NCBI RefSeq assembly: GCF_009914755.1
Contig: NC_060927.1
Reading direction: 5' to 3' (one strand)
DNA: 64,000 nt
From: the human T2T-CHM13v2.0 reference genome, Homo sapiens
Part shown: piece after piece, positions 27,168 to 41,239 of the stretch
How positions within the stretch are numbered: the stretch's first letter is position 1
How the letters are laid out: each line of letters starts with the position of its first letter
Translations under genes and position numbers: made by a program
The notes under the pieces: generated by a model
The model's input: the letters and a program-made list of their open reading frames with translations, nothing else
Databases searched by the model: none
What the model was told of the DNA's origin: nothing

Positions 27168-27702
27168 AATAATGCCAAGGTAAATTAAACTGACTGATCT
27201 CCACAACCTCCTTTTCTAGGGTTTAGTGTAAAACTTATTTAAGAGCCAATAACGCTGTTGATTTTTATAAATTTCTTTGATTCTTTCCTTCTGACTTGGC
27301 CTGTAATTATTTTTCTATCTTAATCAGTTTCCCTAAAGAATGTGTTATGGATTGTATAAAGACATGAACTACAGCCAGTTTCAAGTTATTTGTGTAAATA
27401 GTAAAAAATTGACTAGGAGGACTTTAATAGCATAGTGTAAAATAATGTTTTGGAATTGTCTTAGTGTATGAATTGTGCCTCTTCTCTCTGTTCTGTTATT
27501 AAAGGAGATAGTCAACAATGAGCCAGTTTGATTTTGTTAAATTGGCATTATAAGGTATTTTTGTTATGATGGTATTTTTTACTGCCAACCTTAATTCGTG
27601 TAGAGAAAAGAATTAGTGGTCCATGTTATTTTTGCTCCCTTAAGAGAATAAAACTGCTAACAGCTCATGTTACCCGCCACATACCCCAAAGCTCACAAAT
27701 TA

Positions 27703-27830
27703 GTTTTATTCAACAAATATTTATTGAGTGCTTTCTATGTGCCAGATGTTGTTCTGGGAAATCGGGATACCTCACTGAACAGTACACAGATAGCCCTGAT
27801 ATCCAGGAGCTTATATTTTGGGGGTAGAAA
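27703..27830 (-). mobile_element. L2a 3' end
   Basis: TTATTCAACAAATATTTATTGAGTGCTTTCTATGTGCCAGATGTTGTTCTGGG...CCAGGAGCTTATATTTTG. Confidence 0.85.
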
Positions 27831-30800
27831 GGAGCACAAATTGCAATTTTATGGAAATCACTATTAATATCAACCAAGATTTGGAAAGGCAGGCTACTTC
27901 AATATGTTTTGATCATTTATCGATGTGTCTGCTGTTTAACAAATCCTCAGGGCTTTCTATTTTTTTTACACAAAATAATTTTGGGGAGCATTGACACAAA
28001 TAATCAGAGCATCCAAATTTATAATGATTAAGGTTATCAAGTAAATAAAAACGACACTGGGTATACTTAGAACAAGATCTAGTTTTTAGCCTCAATCTGT
28101 GTCATCTTTCTGAGCTTCATATAGTCATGCATCTTTCTTAAACTGCATTGAAAAAGTACATGGTGATTAGGACCATCTGCCCTGACTACTAGGAAGTGTT
28201 ATTAGCATCATATGACAGAATGTCTAAGGCAGTACTTACAATGGATGAAGAACGAGGCAACTTACCAAGCATCTTAAGACAATGCCTGCATTCAGTGGGC
28301 ACTCTCCATATATCTTTGGATGAATGAATAAACGAGGGAAGAAAAACAAATTTTCAGCACTATTTGTACCATTCCTGGCTGACCTGCCTGTTGAATGTCT
28401 GGTCTTTCAGTCCAAGCTTAGTTTTAAAAGTAAAAATGTCAATTCCTCACTCCAGGACTGCACAGAATACATTTTTTACACATTCTAGATTCACCTGAGT
28501 GTTTTTGGTGGATGTGTCTTGTTGAAATAAACAAACAAAAATCCTGTGTGCATTAATAATGATTAACATATTGGTTATTAAATTATGATAATCAGCGTGC
28601 TCTTTGAGTACTGTTAGTTCTTCAAAGAGGCTTAGCTTATATATTTCAGAGTTAGCATAAGTATCCTGCCATATGATATATTTAGAATAAATGAGGACTT
28701 AGCAGCTGCTGAAGAATTAAGATGTAACAAAATCTCCATAAGGCTTAATACAAATTTTATTTTTCTTCAAATATTGTGGTTTTATTTTATATCTACAATT
28801 ACTTATCTCCTCATCAAGCTTAATATTTTACTTTTTGTCTGATAGAGTGAAGAATAACTAAAACTAAAGGTTCCAAAACAAGTAATTTCTCTGACCAAGA
28901 TTGCAAATATCAAAGACCTGGCAACAGGGGGTGGAAAATGGAAGACAGAAAATCCGTATTTGGTTGCACTGTCACTTGGCTTCAGCCTAAATCTCAGTTA
29001 TGTGATCAACCACGCATGTGAACAAAGAAGACATTCTCACAGGAGAGGAGGGATTTCTGATGGAAATCACAGAGAAAAAAGAATATGGTTTGAAAAAAGC
29101 AAGAAGATGGGTGTCAGGGCCTTGTGGGTTTTGCTAAACGGGTAGACACCCCCATCCTCTTTGCAGCAATTCTTTTCTTCTTAATCTCCAACTTTCTTGT
29201 TCAGAATGCATTAAACCCAATCCAGAGTCTCTTGTAAGGGAAAGTTTTGTATATTTTTGATGTCTGTGGGAAAGAAGTGCCCCTGCAGAGGCTGTATTTA
29301 AGAAGATATTTTAGAAGCATTTTCTCGAGGGGGGAAATGGTTTTCATTTAAGAGGAATACTTACTTTGCCATTAGTTTGTTAGCATGAAATTGCAGAACT
29401 ATGTATTAGATGATTTTCTCATCTCTCACAGTTTAATGTGTCTCTATACAAATTAGCTATCCAACTCTCTCTCCAGCCAAAGAACATGGCATCTTCAAAA
29501 GAAATATCATGGATATGAATGGTAGCAGGTTGGTTGTTTGCCTTTAGCTACTCTTGTGAAGAAATTAGGGAAATATTTTTACAGGTAAAAATACACAAAA
29601 CAATGAAAAAGATGAGGTGATAGTCAATTGAATCAATAACATTATACCAACATATTTAATTTACATTTACTATGGAAAAAAATACACAAAAATGTGGAAA
29701 AACAAAATACCACAGCCCACCCAGAAAGGAAAAAAAATTTGTTTACCAGACAACACAGTCAATGTTTATTCTACTTGTAGTTGGAAAAAACACAATTAAC
29801 TCTCTGAAATTTTGTGAATCACTGTGATATATAAGGCATGTTAATAGATCCTCATTCAACAAATACACTCAGTACTGAAGGGCTGATTTAACTCATTTGC
29901 ATCATGAACTAAATAGAATTATAGGTCTTGAGAACCTTGATATTTAAAATGTAATGCGCACACAGTTAGCTCTTCTTTCCTTTTTCTCTCATATTTACAC
30001 TAAACACATTCACTTCCATCATGGTCATTAAAACTTAGGTAAGTAGTTGAAAATGTGAAGAATGTAAAATAAAATAATTAAAATGTGTTTAATCCAAAAT
30101 CAAAGCATTTTATAACATTTTATATATTCAATGTGTTGGGTAAAGTAGAAGAAAGTCAAATGGCTAATTCAAGATTTAACTGTTTCCATGTGAGTTAGGG
30201 ATTGGGAGTGGAGGCAGTCAGTGAGGGAATAGAAAGGAGAAGGGAAAGGAAATGCTTTTTATTGTTTTATTCAGACACCTACACAGGCACAAAGAGTTCT
30301 CTATACTCATATAAATTGCTCCATGCAGCACGCTAAACACACTGCTTAATTGCAAAATAATAACTTCCCATTTTAGATTTTAAGAATAAACAAAAGCAAA
30401 AACAAAATCTTTTAGGAAACACTAGGGTTTAATATGATTTATTGTTCCTTAGTTTTTTTGACTTGTGCTACCATGCTGTAAAAAGTATTGAGAGTCTATC
30501 CACTTCCTGTCTCAAATTAGAACACACTAACTACTCAGTCACAAAAGAATTAATTGTATCGGAATTGGCTTAAAGGTTAACTTTTCAGTATTGTCTATCT
30601 TACCTTACAAATTTTAATGAAGGCTTTGCTGATATATGTCGTAACATCAGTGTAGTGATAATTATTAATGTTAGCAACCCAATGCAAAATCTTTAAAAAG
30701 AGTCACCCAATAGGAATCTTAATGTGAACATATTCTATTATTTTTCTGGTGAGATTGCCTTCAACCTCCAAGATATTCCAAATTAAGTTGGCATGTTACT

Positions 30801-33800
30801 TATCATAAATAAAAACATGAGAAATATCTGTGTCCTGAGAAAAAGGAACATATAATAAATGTCATTGATAAATTATATTTTTGATCTAAATTTATTCAAA
30901 CAATAATGTCAAAAGTAAATATTTCTACCCTATATTACTGAGGAGAATTGAGCCTTCATCCTAGCATTTCTATCTAAATCATCTATTAGGTGTGGATAGC
31001 CATTTCTTTATTGCCACTGAATATCTGATGAAGTTTTTCATCAATTCCATTGGTGTTTATATTGAAAATCCTGCCACATGTTCCTGGTAACCCTTTTATG
31101 ATGATGATAATGATATAAGGACTAACATATGGAATGTGTAGTTTGGGCCAGTTACTATTACAAGCACTTTACATACATTAGATAACCTAAATCTACTTTA
31201 ACAGAAACTGAAGAGACAAGTAAAACTCTTATTGGTCCTTTTAAAATGTAAATAAATAAAATTGTCATTTTTGTAGTGAAAACATTTGGAATTATTTTCA
31301 TATGTTTCATCTTAATATAAAATACGTATTGGTTTTATTTGACTTTTAAAGGTGATAACATATAAGTGTGTAATAGGCAAATATACATCCATGTAAAATT
31401 TTATAAACAAGAAAATTTATCAAGGCAAGAGTTTTATTGAACAATAAAGTTTGTTTGTGCATTATGATTTTGTTTCATAAGATATTTTAAAATGTAGCCA
31501 TTTTATTGGCCTTTAGTCAGTTTGCATACACTGCTTATTAATGACTCTTATTCAACCAACTAATCATCCTTTCAAATGAGATCAACATATTTTCACATTT
31601 TTATTGATCTCAGGTTTACAAAATCTCTCCACTACTTACCAGCAACATAATTATAAATTATGTTAGCTAAAAGCTGACAGTAGTTTATTATTTCAGTAAA
31701 TGGATGCCCAGAGTCAAAAGAGAAACCCAAACAGATTAACAATGAGAATTATCTAGTTGTTCTGATACAGTACCGGAAAATAGGCTCCACATTGTGGGCA
31801 CCAATATCATTGAGGATGGTGAAGAAATGGATGCTGATTAATTTTTTCTCAATTATATTTTTCTTATCTTCATTATTAGGAATAAAAATAGAACACTTTC
31901 TTGTTTTCCAGCATGAGCATTTGTTTGTTTGTTTGCATAGTCATTTAACAATATGTAAAGCTACTATGATACTCTACAGCTTAAAAAGACTAAAGAGACT
32001 GCTAATTCTAATAAAAAATTATTCCAATTTTATAATTAGAAAGCAAGTCATAAGTAATTGAGTCAACAGAACTTAATGGCATTTTAAGTAATTAGATTTG
32101 ATCATCAGAGCAAAAACATTTTAACAACAGAAGCTTGTTTCCTAGGAAAACTTAATATTGTCTCATCTAGGACAAATGTTTTAAAATATTTTTAGCATAT
32201 GCCCTATAAGGTTCAAAGACAGAATTTCCTATCATCAATCATTCTCTTGGCTAATAATGAGCCAATCTTAACCATAAAATATAGATCAGATTTGTTGCCC
32301 TCACATTTAGAGTTTCAGGTTCTCCTCCTGCACTGATTACAGTATTGCCATGCCTAAAGGAGAGGTCTTAGAAGAAAAGAACAAGGATCCATTAATCATG
32401 AATCATTACATTTTGTCAGTTGGCAAAGGAATACTTTGCTCATTTATCCTTTGAATGAAATTAGCTCTGGCTCAGGCCCTTGTAGAAGGAAATTTTAAAT
32501 TGTCTTGGCATCTTCCTACAGCAGTTTGTGTATGTGCCATAAAATGGCAGATGGGGTTTATTAATGGCAGATGAGTTTAGTTTGCAAGTTTCTTTTTATT
32601 TTTCTATTTGATAATTTTAATATTGAAGCTCAGATATGACTCATATATTATTGCTGTTCATCTATAACTATATGTTTTATCTTATTAATGAAAGGAAAAA
32701 GAGAAATCTGGTAATGTTTATGTTTCCAAATATGAGCAAGCTCTTTCTTCTTTGTGTCATAGACAAAACGGGCACATATTTTCTTAGGTTTAAGTATCCT
32801 AGTGGAACGAAATCATCAAAATTGTTGAAAATATTTACAAGAAGTATGTGAAGATGATAATTTACTCATAAACAGCAGTAAGCCATTGATAGAATTATAT
32901 GAAGATTATAGTCACATGAATTTATGTTTAATGGACATTTGAGGGAGTTTTGAAAAACTATGTTCTCTCATGAATAAATTTGACATAAGTTTTACTGCCT
33001 TTACACAGTTCTAAATAGGGAAGATTTGTACATTTTTACTATTAAACACTAAAAATTAAGCTATATAACTGAAATAATGGCGTATCCTATAGGTGTATTA
33101 ATCAGCAGTTGAGTCCCACCTTATCAACTGTGCTTCTGCAGTGGGGTAGATAGACACAAGAATCTACTGGATGAGGGCTTGGCCAGCGGCAATCTAATGT
33201 GGAACAGGAGGTATCTCCTCAAATACATACCTAATTTCACGGAAGTGGCAGAAGTGCTAGAGGAAATACACATACAAAAGTGTCTTATAATCTATAGAGA
33301 ACTATAGGCATGAAATCTGTTATTCAACCTAAAACCAACAGATGTAAGGACTTTACAAATTATTATTAAAAATGTTTATACTGAGCATCCCTATGTTGGA
33401 CTTGGTGGAAGCTGATGGTGAAAATTTCATTTCAACGATTTAAAACATACTTTTGACTTGCTTTGAAGATGATTAAAGTATGTTAAGAATCATAAGCTAC
33501 ACACTTAAAAATATTTCAGAGCAAAGTAAAAAGGAAATGGTATTTAAAATAACTCTTAATCAAAGAAAATCTGTGACCGAATGCATCTCCCTAATAAGCA
33601 AGTGAAGCCTCAGCACAATTCATGCTTACAAGAAAGGATAAAGTAATAAGCCATTTGTTTTCCTAAGGTGCCTTGAAATAGGAATTAGTGTCTATTATAA
33701 GAAATCATTTAGATATTTTTAAGAGGGATATTTGTTTTTACAACTTATGTCTTAACATCAACCAGCCAAGTGTATGGACTAGGTTCTTAGTTCATCAAAC

Positions 33801-34867
33801 ACATTCTTACTGTGTATACTTAGCACATATTTTTATTTTAATATAATGGAAATAGATAAGCTTAAATTTGGTAGCAGCCTTAAACAATAAAAAAGTGACA
33901 TATCAAGATAAGAGTTAAAATGTTAAAACATATTTAAGTACAATTCTGTAGATATTACTGAATAACGATTAAAAGCCAATCATTTCCCATCATGACACAC
34001 AGAAAGCCACTTAACAATTTAAACCAAGATCCAAACGCATCCAAGTTTCTTTTATGTTTTTTTTCCTGGCCATCCTAATGTTGGATTCAGAATCAATCTG
34101 TCCATACTACCATCAATTACTTTTTTATGGATATAATATAACTTTTTCTAGTATCTGGAGAAGAATAAGACATATTTTATGTTTATGAAGGATATGGTTC
34201 CACTATTAAGGAAGTTTTTGCTTCTGTTTCGTAAATCATTATTGAATCATAACATAACTGTGCACCTAGACAGACCTATAAAGTATGTGTTCTGATTCTT
34301 GTTACCACTATGTATACTCCTAAAGTACTAATCCATGTGTGTAAAGGACGTTGCTTATCTCCACATAAACACAAAAGGTCAGGATCCAGCCATTAATTTC
34401 CTCTATATTTAAGATGGTAAAGAAATACGTATCACACTTTGGCTGCCAAAAGATAATGGAATTTCCCAAAATCTCATTACTTACAAATGTAATGATAGTC
34501 TTCTTAAAGTGAAATAGCAGAAAAGGAAGTGCTATGTTGCTGGAAAAACTAGTATTGTAAATAGATATCACTACACATTACTATTTATGTCAATATTTCA
34601 CATAAGGAATAAATTTCTTTTATATTTGGGACCTGATTTAGGATTACACAAATGATAGAATTATCTTCCTCTCCATATTGGAGGCTATGCATATTTTCCC
34701 CTGAATAATTTTCTTTTTTCCTGCCTTTAAGTAACGTAACCCTGACTTCCAATCCTACCTTGCTCCTCTTCCACAAGGTCTTGGGATGCTGGATTGATAC
34801 AGGGACATAGACATAGGGTCCCAGACATACAAGTACAAGTGAAGCCCAGAATTTTTGCAAGAGTGAA

Positions 34868-35010
34868 AATAATAACAAATACATATTTATTATATGCCAG
34901 GATCTGACCTATTTTCCATGCATTCAATTTTTTAATCCTCATGGTAATTCCACGAGGTATTAGGAAAATGATATGATCTTCCCATTTGAGGTCGAAATCT
35001 AAAAAAATTG
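34868..35010 (-). mobile_element. MIR SINE fragment
   Basis: ATTTATTATATGCCAGG...TTTAATCCTCATGGTAATTCCACGAGGTA...TTCCCATTT. Confidence 0.6.
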
Positions 35011-35029
35011 CAAGTCTTTTCTTCCTGGG

Positions 35030-35160
35030 GCCCTGCAGGAAGAGTGTCTGCCTGAGAATGGTACCCACACAGAGAAAAGCTGAACTGAGTCTTGAAAAGA
35101 GATCATGTTTTAATGATATTGTTTGATCTCCTGGATCTAAATGTGACAGAAGTCAGCCAA
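35030..35160 (+). mobile_element. MLT1J/K-like MaLR LTR fragment
   Basis: CTGCCTGAGAATGGTACCCACACAGAGAAAAGC...TGATATTGTTTGATCTCCTGGATC. Confidence 0.6.
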
Positions 35161-35590
35161 TTCAAAAAGTAAAATTAAGCGATAACAATGTTCTAGGTAT
35201 TACACGGAATAATTTTGTGTATCAAATGCCACAATGAATGCAAAACTCGACATTGATACTTATCGTTAGAGTCACTATACAAAGTATTGAAAACTAATCA
35301 CTATTTTTTCCAATGATATTCAAAATTTAATGAAGATCCAAACATTTAATTAAAAAAATGAAACTATGAGTTAGCAGAATTCCCAGTTTGTGCAGGATTT
35401 TATGGCAGGGACAAAGTCTCCCTGAGGCCCTTCAAATCACACCATGTTCATATTGAGCACTTACCACGGGGAAATTACTACAGAAAAGAGAGATGGCAAA
35501 GTCATAAATCTACAGGGGCCCAGTCGTGTGCAAATGAGTGAATTAAACCACGTTTTGAAAGCTCAGTTAAGAGATCAAGAGAGACAAAGC

Positions 35591-35801
35591 TGGGTGGCTG
35601 GCAAGATGGCCGAATAGGAACAGCTCGGGTCTGCACCTCCCAGGAGATCAACGCAGAAGGTGGGTGATTTCTGCATTTCCAACTGAGCTACCCACTTCAT
35701 CTCATTGAGACTGGTTAGACAGGGGGTGCAACCCACGGAGGGCAAGCCGAAGGAGGGTGGGGCTAGGGGAACTCCTTCCCCTAGCCAAGAGAAGCCCTGA
35801 G
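35591..35801 (+). mobile_element. Isolated L1PA7/8-type 5' UTR (promoter) fragment
   Basis: GGCTGGCAAGATGGCCGAATAGGAACAGCTC...GGTGATTTCTGCATTTCCAACTGAG...CCCTAGCCAAG; no L1 body follows. Confidence 0.92.
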
Positions 35802-36699
35802 TTTTCATGGGACTTTTCAAACTCCCGAAAGCAAATGCGACTGAAGTTTGCCAGTTAAAACATAATGAATGATGAGGATTACAGTGAAGCAGAGAATATA
35901 CTTCTTGGCTTCCTGCCTAAAATATTTCCAAACATTATGCTTTAAAAAAAAAACTAAAATGGAAATTTTTATTGAAAATATTCCAATTCTTAAAAGTTGG
36001 CACAATGTAATTTTTTAAGTATGGGCACCAAAGCCAAACCAAAGCCACGGCAAAAACATGTTCCGGATGTGGGCCGGTAATAGTAAAGAACACAGACATG
36101 ATCAACTGTAAGTTATACATTTACAATTTGAAAGGTGTCTTTTCATTTTTGTTTTGTTTAATTATTAAAATAATCCACTGGAAAATTATCTTCAGTTTAT
36201 AGATGAGAAAACAGAAGTCAAAAGAAGTAAAGTAAATTGTTCCGGTAATGTAGCTGAAAGATTGCAGAGTTTACACTCATGCTCTAACCCAAAATGAATT
36301 TGAAATAGATTTGAAAATTCAGTACAAAGTTTAAAGAAGTCCCTGATATAGCTTTATTATTTATCAACATATTTACTTATCTTGTTATACAACAAATATG
36401 TACTGGGCAACTGCCATGTGTCAGGCACTCTAAACACTGAGAAACTTTCAGATTAAAGATAGTAAGGCTACAATGAGACAGAGGAACATTCTTTTTGAAT
36501 CTTACTTTTTAATTATTATAGAAGCTTATGCAATTGCAGATAGGACTGGCAGAAAAATGTTAGGCTTAAAGGTAGAGGATGTTGAATGCGGAAATAAGTG
36601 ATTTTGACTTAGAGTAGTTGAAAACGTGGCTTATACACGAAATTGTCATAAACATTAGTAGATGTTTGAGCCATTACAAATTTTTATCAAAGGAGTAAA

Positions 36700-36866
36700 A
36701 CAGAAGTCTCTTAATCTGTGAGTTATGAGCTTTTGTGAACTGTCCTGATTTTTGTTTAAAAGTTTATAAGTGCACCTGCATGCATGTGAATGTTTTTCTG
36801 GAGACAGGGCTCAGGATTTCCACATATTTTTGAAGGATTCTGTGACCACAAGGTTAATAAAAGCTA
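36700..36866. mobile_element. Old hAT-Charlie non-autonomous remnant
   Basis: TTTTTCTGGAGACAGGGCTCAGGATTTCCACATATTTTTGAAGGATTCTGTGACCACAAGGTTAA resembles a Charlie-type terminus. Confidence 0.45.
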
Positions 36867-37111
36867 GAGTTGAGTTTTTCCTTAAGAAAATTAATCTAGC
36901 AGCCATAGGGAAAGAGGAGACTACCAAAGGCCACTTGAGAGATGACTAAGTATAGTAGTCCTGGTAAGAAGTAATTGAAACTTTGGCTAAGAAAGGAGAA
37001 TCATTAACAGATGAATTAATGTCAGTAAAACTTGGTTTCTTCTATTCTTCCCTCACTTTTCTTCTTTCCTCCCTCTTTCCGTTACTTCCTTTATTCTTGC
37101 CTTTTTTAACC

Positions 37112-37306
37112 CTATACTGAAGCCTTCACACAGCTTCTTACAAGAACCAATTGTGAACATCTTTTCCAAACTGCTCAGTAATGTAATTTTTGTAACTAAA
37201 AATCAGCTATGGATGGGAGCATTTACACCAATTAAAATGGAAAACACTAGAAACCAGGTTTTCCCACCTGTAGAAATGATTGTTAAACATTTACAGATAC
37301 ACAACT
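37112..37306. mobile_element. MER63A-like hAT-Blackjack element
   Basis: GGGAGCATTTACACCA and GATTGTTAAACATTTACAGATACACAACT; similar to 17595-17804. Confidence 0.6.
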
Positions 37307-37495
37307 TCTCTCTTCCTTCCTCTCTTTCTCCTTCCTTCCCTTCTTCCCTTTCTTCTTTCCTTCCTTTCTTCTTTCCTTCCCTCCCACCCTCCCTTCCCTC
37401 CTTCCTTCCTTTCTTCCTTTCTTCCTTCCTCCCTCCCTCCCTTCCATTCTGCCTTCCTTCCCTACATCCCTTTTTAAACTTCCTTCCTTCTTTAT
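37307..37495 (+). repeat. (TTCC/CTCC)n polypyrimidine simple repeat
   Basis: About 190 bp, nearly pure C/T on the + strand. Confidence 0.95.
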
Positions 37496-39741
37496 TTATT
37501 ATCCAGTTTCTAATCCACATTTCTGCTTGATTTATACAAGATCAGGAAGAAAGTGGACATGTAGCACGTATGTTGAAAAAATCAAATTAAATAATTTGAA
37601 TAATATTGAGCACATTGAACTAAGTTCTGTATGTAATCATCCATATTGCATATTAACCACCAATGAGGCATTCTATCTTCAAATGTATTTCAGTCATCTT
37701 CTGAAAATGTTTACTTCTTTGTAAACAATATTTTGGCCTTGATTAATTTTCTTGGTGAATGCAATATAACATCACAGAATTTAAACATGTCTAAATAAAT
37801 AGCGCTCAGTCTCTGAAAGAACAATGAAGTCAAAACACAAGATTTCAAGTCCTAGCTGTGCCACCTAATAAATCTGTGACATTGATCAAGTGACTACATC
37901 TTTTTGTGCATTAGCCTCTTAATAAATATGGATTGCTAATTTGTTTCTAGCTCTAAAACTCAAAAACTGTGCAAGTATAGAATGTTTGATGTAAATGTTT
38001 TTCCGTATTACATAATATATCTGTGCTGACACAAAATATAATCAAACAGTCCAGTACTTAATTTACATTATCACTTAAGATATTATCAGTAAGAAGTAAG
38101 AGAGTGAGGCTACTGTGTCTATACCACAGACTATACCGAATTATATCTAAACGTGATCTTCTAAATGCCTGCACCTTCTTTGAATGATAATACTTATGTA
38201 TAACTTTTAATACCTATGCATTCATTGGCCAATATCTTCAATCTTATTTATCAAATTTCTGTGATGTTTCTCTCAGTTACATGTAATCATATAGCTTTCT
38301 GAATATTCACTGTAGATTCTTGTTTTTAATCTTCTCTAATTTTCCTTCTGTGGAGGAAAAAGTTTCCATAAAATAAACTTTAAGAATCAGGAAAATGAGA
38401 ATATGAATTCTATAAAATGAAATAACTATATATGTATTTACATACGCATATGTAAATAAGATGAAAAGAAAACACAATGGAAGTTTTTTTATTTAACATA
38501 TTGAGGTTTTACATATGTCAAAAAGGGCAGGTTAACAATTACTAAAAGAAAAAATGCAAAACAAAAAATTGTGTTATCGATGGCTGTCCCTTTTTTTCCC
38601 CAAATAGTAAAATTTAAAAGCACTTATTTAAAATATAAAAGCAAATGTTTTAAAAGAAAATAACCTATATTTACTTAAATGCATATGTTTACTATCTTTG
38701 GTTCCATTCCTAAAATTAGAAAGTGTTCTTGCCTCTAACTGGATGAAACATGCAGGCTTTCAGTATTGCATTGTTGCTGTTACCTTTAATTTAATTATGT
38801 TAGTGTACTGAAGAGTTGTATCGATTTACTGGGTATTATTATAAATGTCATTTTAACTCTGAAGTTGGACATTAAAATGTCAGTTTTTTGCTTTTAGGTT
38901 AATAAAATGTTTTTACAGGAACAAGAATGGTGATATAAAATGCAATGCATAAACCCATTTTGATATGCACTTCATGTAATCACAGAAACTACTCCATAAA
39001 CAATCTATTTAACTTGTTTCTCCTGACAAAGTTGTACTAGAAGCTCTTACTTTTAGCATCATTATAGTGAGCAATATAGCCTTACTGCCTAGTTTATTCT
39101 ATACTGGACAATTTCAGAATCTTCGAGGACTGCAGAATCATTTCCTTCATTCCTACTTTGCTAGTGATACAATCATCTGTCTGATAGGAGGGCTATTAGG
39201 GAAGATAGCAAAGTGGCTAGGGTATCTTTTGAGGCTGCTAAAACATAAAGTGGCATCAGATAGTGACTGAGCATCATTATATAAAATTGGAATCCTGCAC
39301 CCTAGAGACCTCTCACTTGATCAGGTACCTATTTATGCCTCCTTGCAATACTTACTTTCAAGATAGAACAGAAAGCTTTAGTCTGCCAGATAATTACAGA
39401 TTACCAAATTACTTGTGTTTTTGTTAAGTGCATGAGTATAAGTGTAAAACATTAATGTGTAAACATGAGAAAACCAAAGATCCCCTGATTCTGATGGGGC
39501 AGTGCTAGTCATTTATAAGCAAAGTCAAGATCTCCTTCAGCCTCAATTACTCAATTAGAATGCTGGTGGTTGCTGCGGATGACTTAGTTCATAGCCACAG
39601 GAAAATAGAAGAAATGTACGAAGGAGGAAGAACTGGGGTGGGAGCAGGGGAAGCAGCTACAATAGATGAAGGAATAGAGAAATTTTATCGATCTACCTTT
39701 ACTATATTTAATAACTAATTTTATGGAGACAGACTATTTTA

Positions 39742-40158
39742 TGTAATAGTCTGACCTATTTTTGATGCTTTGCTGCTGGCAAATTTTGAGCCTCGGCCTT
39801 CCCTCTTCCCCTTCTGCCTGTCCAACATGTGGGAAATCTGACAAGAATGCCTGATGCTTCCTATTTTGGTGACGGCAAGAAGTTCAAACAACACAAGCTC
39901 CTGCCACACATGGAAATCCTCACCATGGACCCACCCCTTAACCATCATAAAAACCCTGAAGCTAGTAACCTTATTTAGCTCTCTCAAGCCACCTTTGGAC
40001 CTGCTTGGAAGGCCTGCCATGTTCTCCCTGGAAAGCCCTATTAGGTAAGGAATAAACCCTTTTCATACGCTTTTGGTGTGTGTCTGGTGTCATCATTCTT
40101 GACATCCAAACTTCATTTTGGGTAGGGTTTCACCCTAATTCTATAAAGTGGCTACACA
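39742..40158 (+). mobile_element. ERVL solo LTR (MER54/MER73-like)
   Basis: TG...CA termini, CATAAAA TATA-like box near 39946, AATAAA near 40051, CTCTCTCAAGCCACCTTTGGACCTGCTTGG. Confidence 0.75.
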
Positions 40159-40424
40159 GAAACAAAAATTTGTAAGAAAAAATCAATGACCAAGAAGTTG
40201 GTAGACATTTTCAATGATTTCAAATGATTGATGATGTCTAAATTATAAAATCATCGACTATTATCCTTTGCAATCATAGTAGTTCTTTTCATTTCTCTTT
40301 CAAATTTTATGTAATATTCTTGCCCAGTGGAGATCCTGATGAATATTAATGCTTTGCCAAGAAATATTCATACAACATTTAGCAAGATGACATATTTAAG
40401 AGAGAAAAATTACCATTTTCTTTA

Positions 40425-41239
<815 letters not shown>

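Noticed and set aside
29890-29905. Isolated octamer motifs (also near 5585, 60100 and 62895)
   Set aside because: Expected by chance in AT-rich DNA without supporting clustering.
35575-35820. 81-aa antisense ORF as L1 ORF0
   Set aside because: ORF0 starts further into the 5' UTR than this fragment extends; this frame starts in flanking DNA and is the usual antisense read of the L1 head.
37153-37530. ORFs of 105-125 aa on both strands
   Set aside because: Stop-free only because they cross the (TTCC)n simple repeat.
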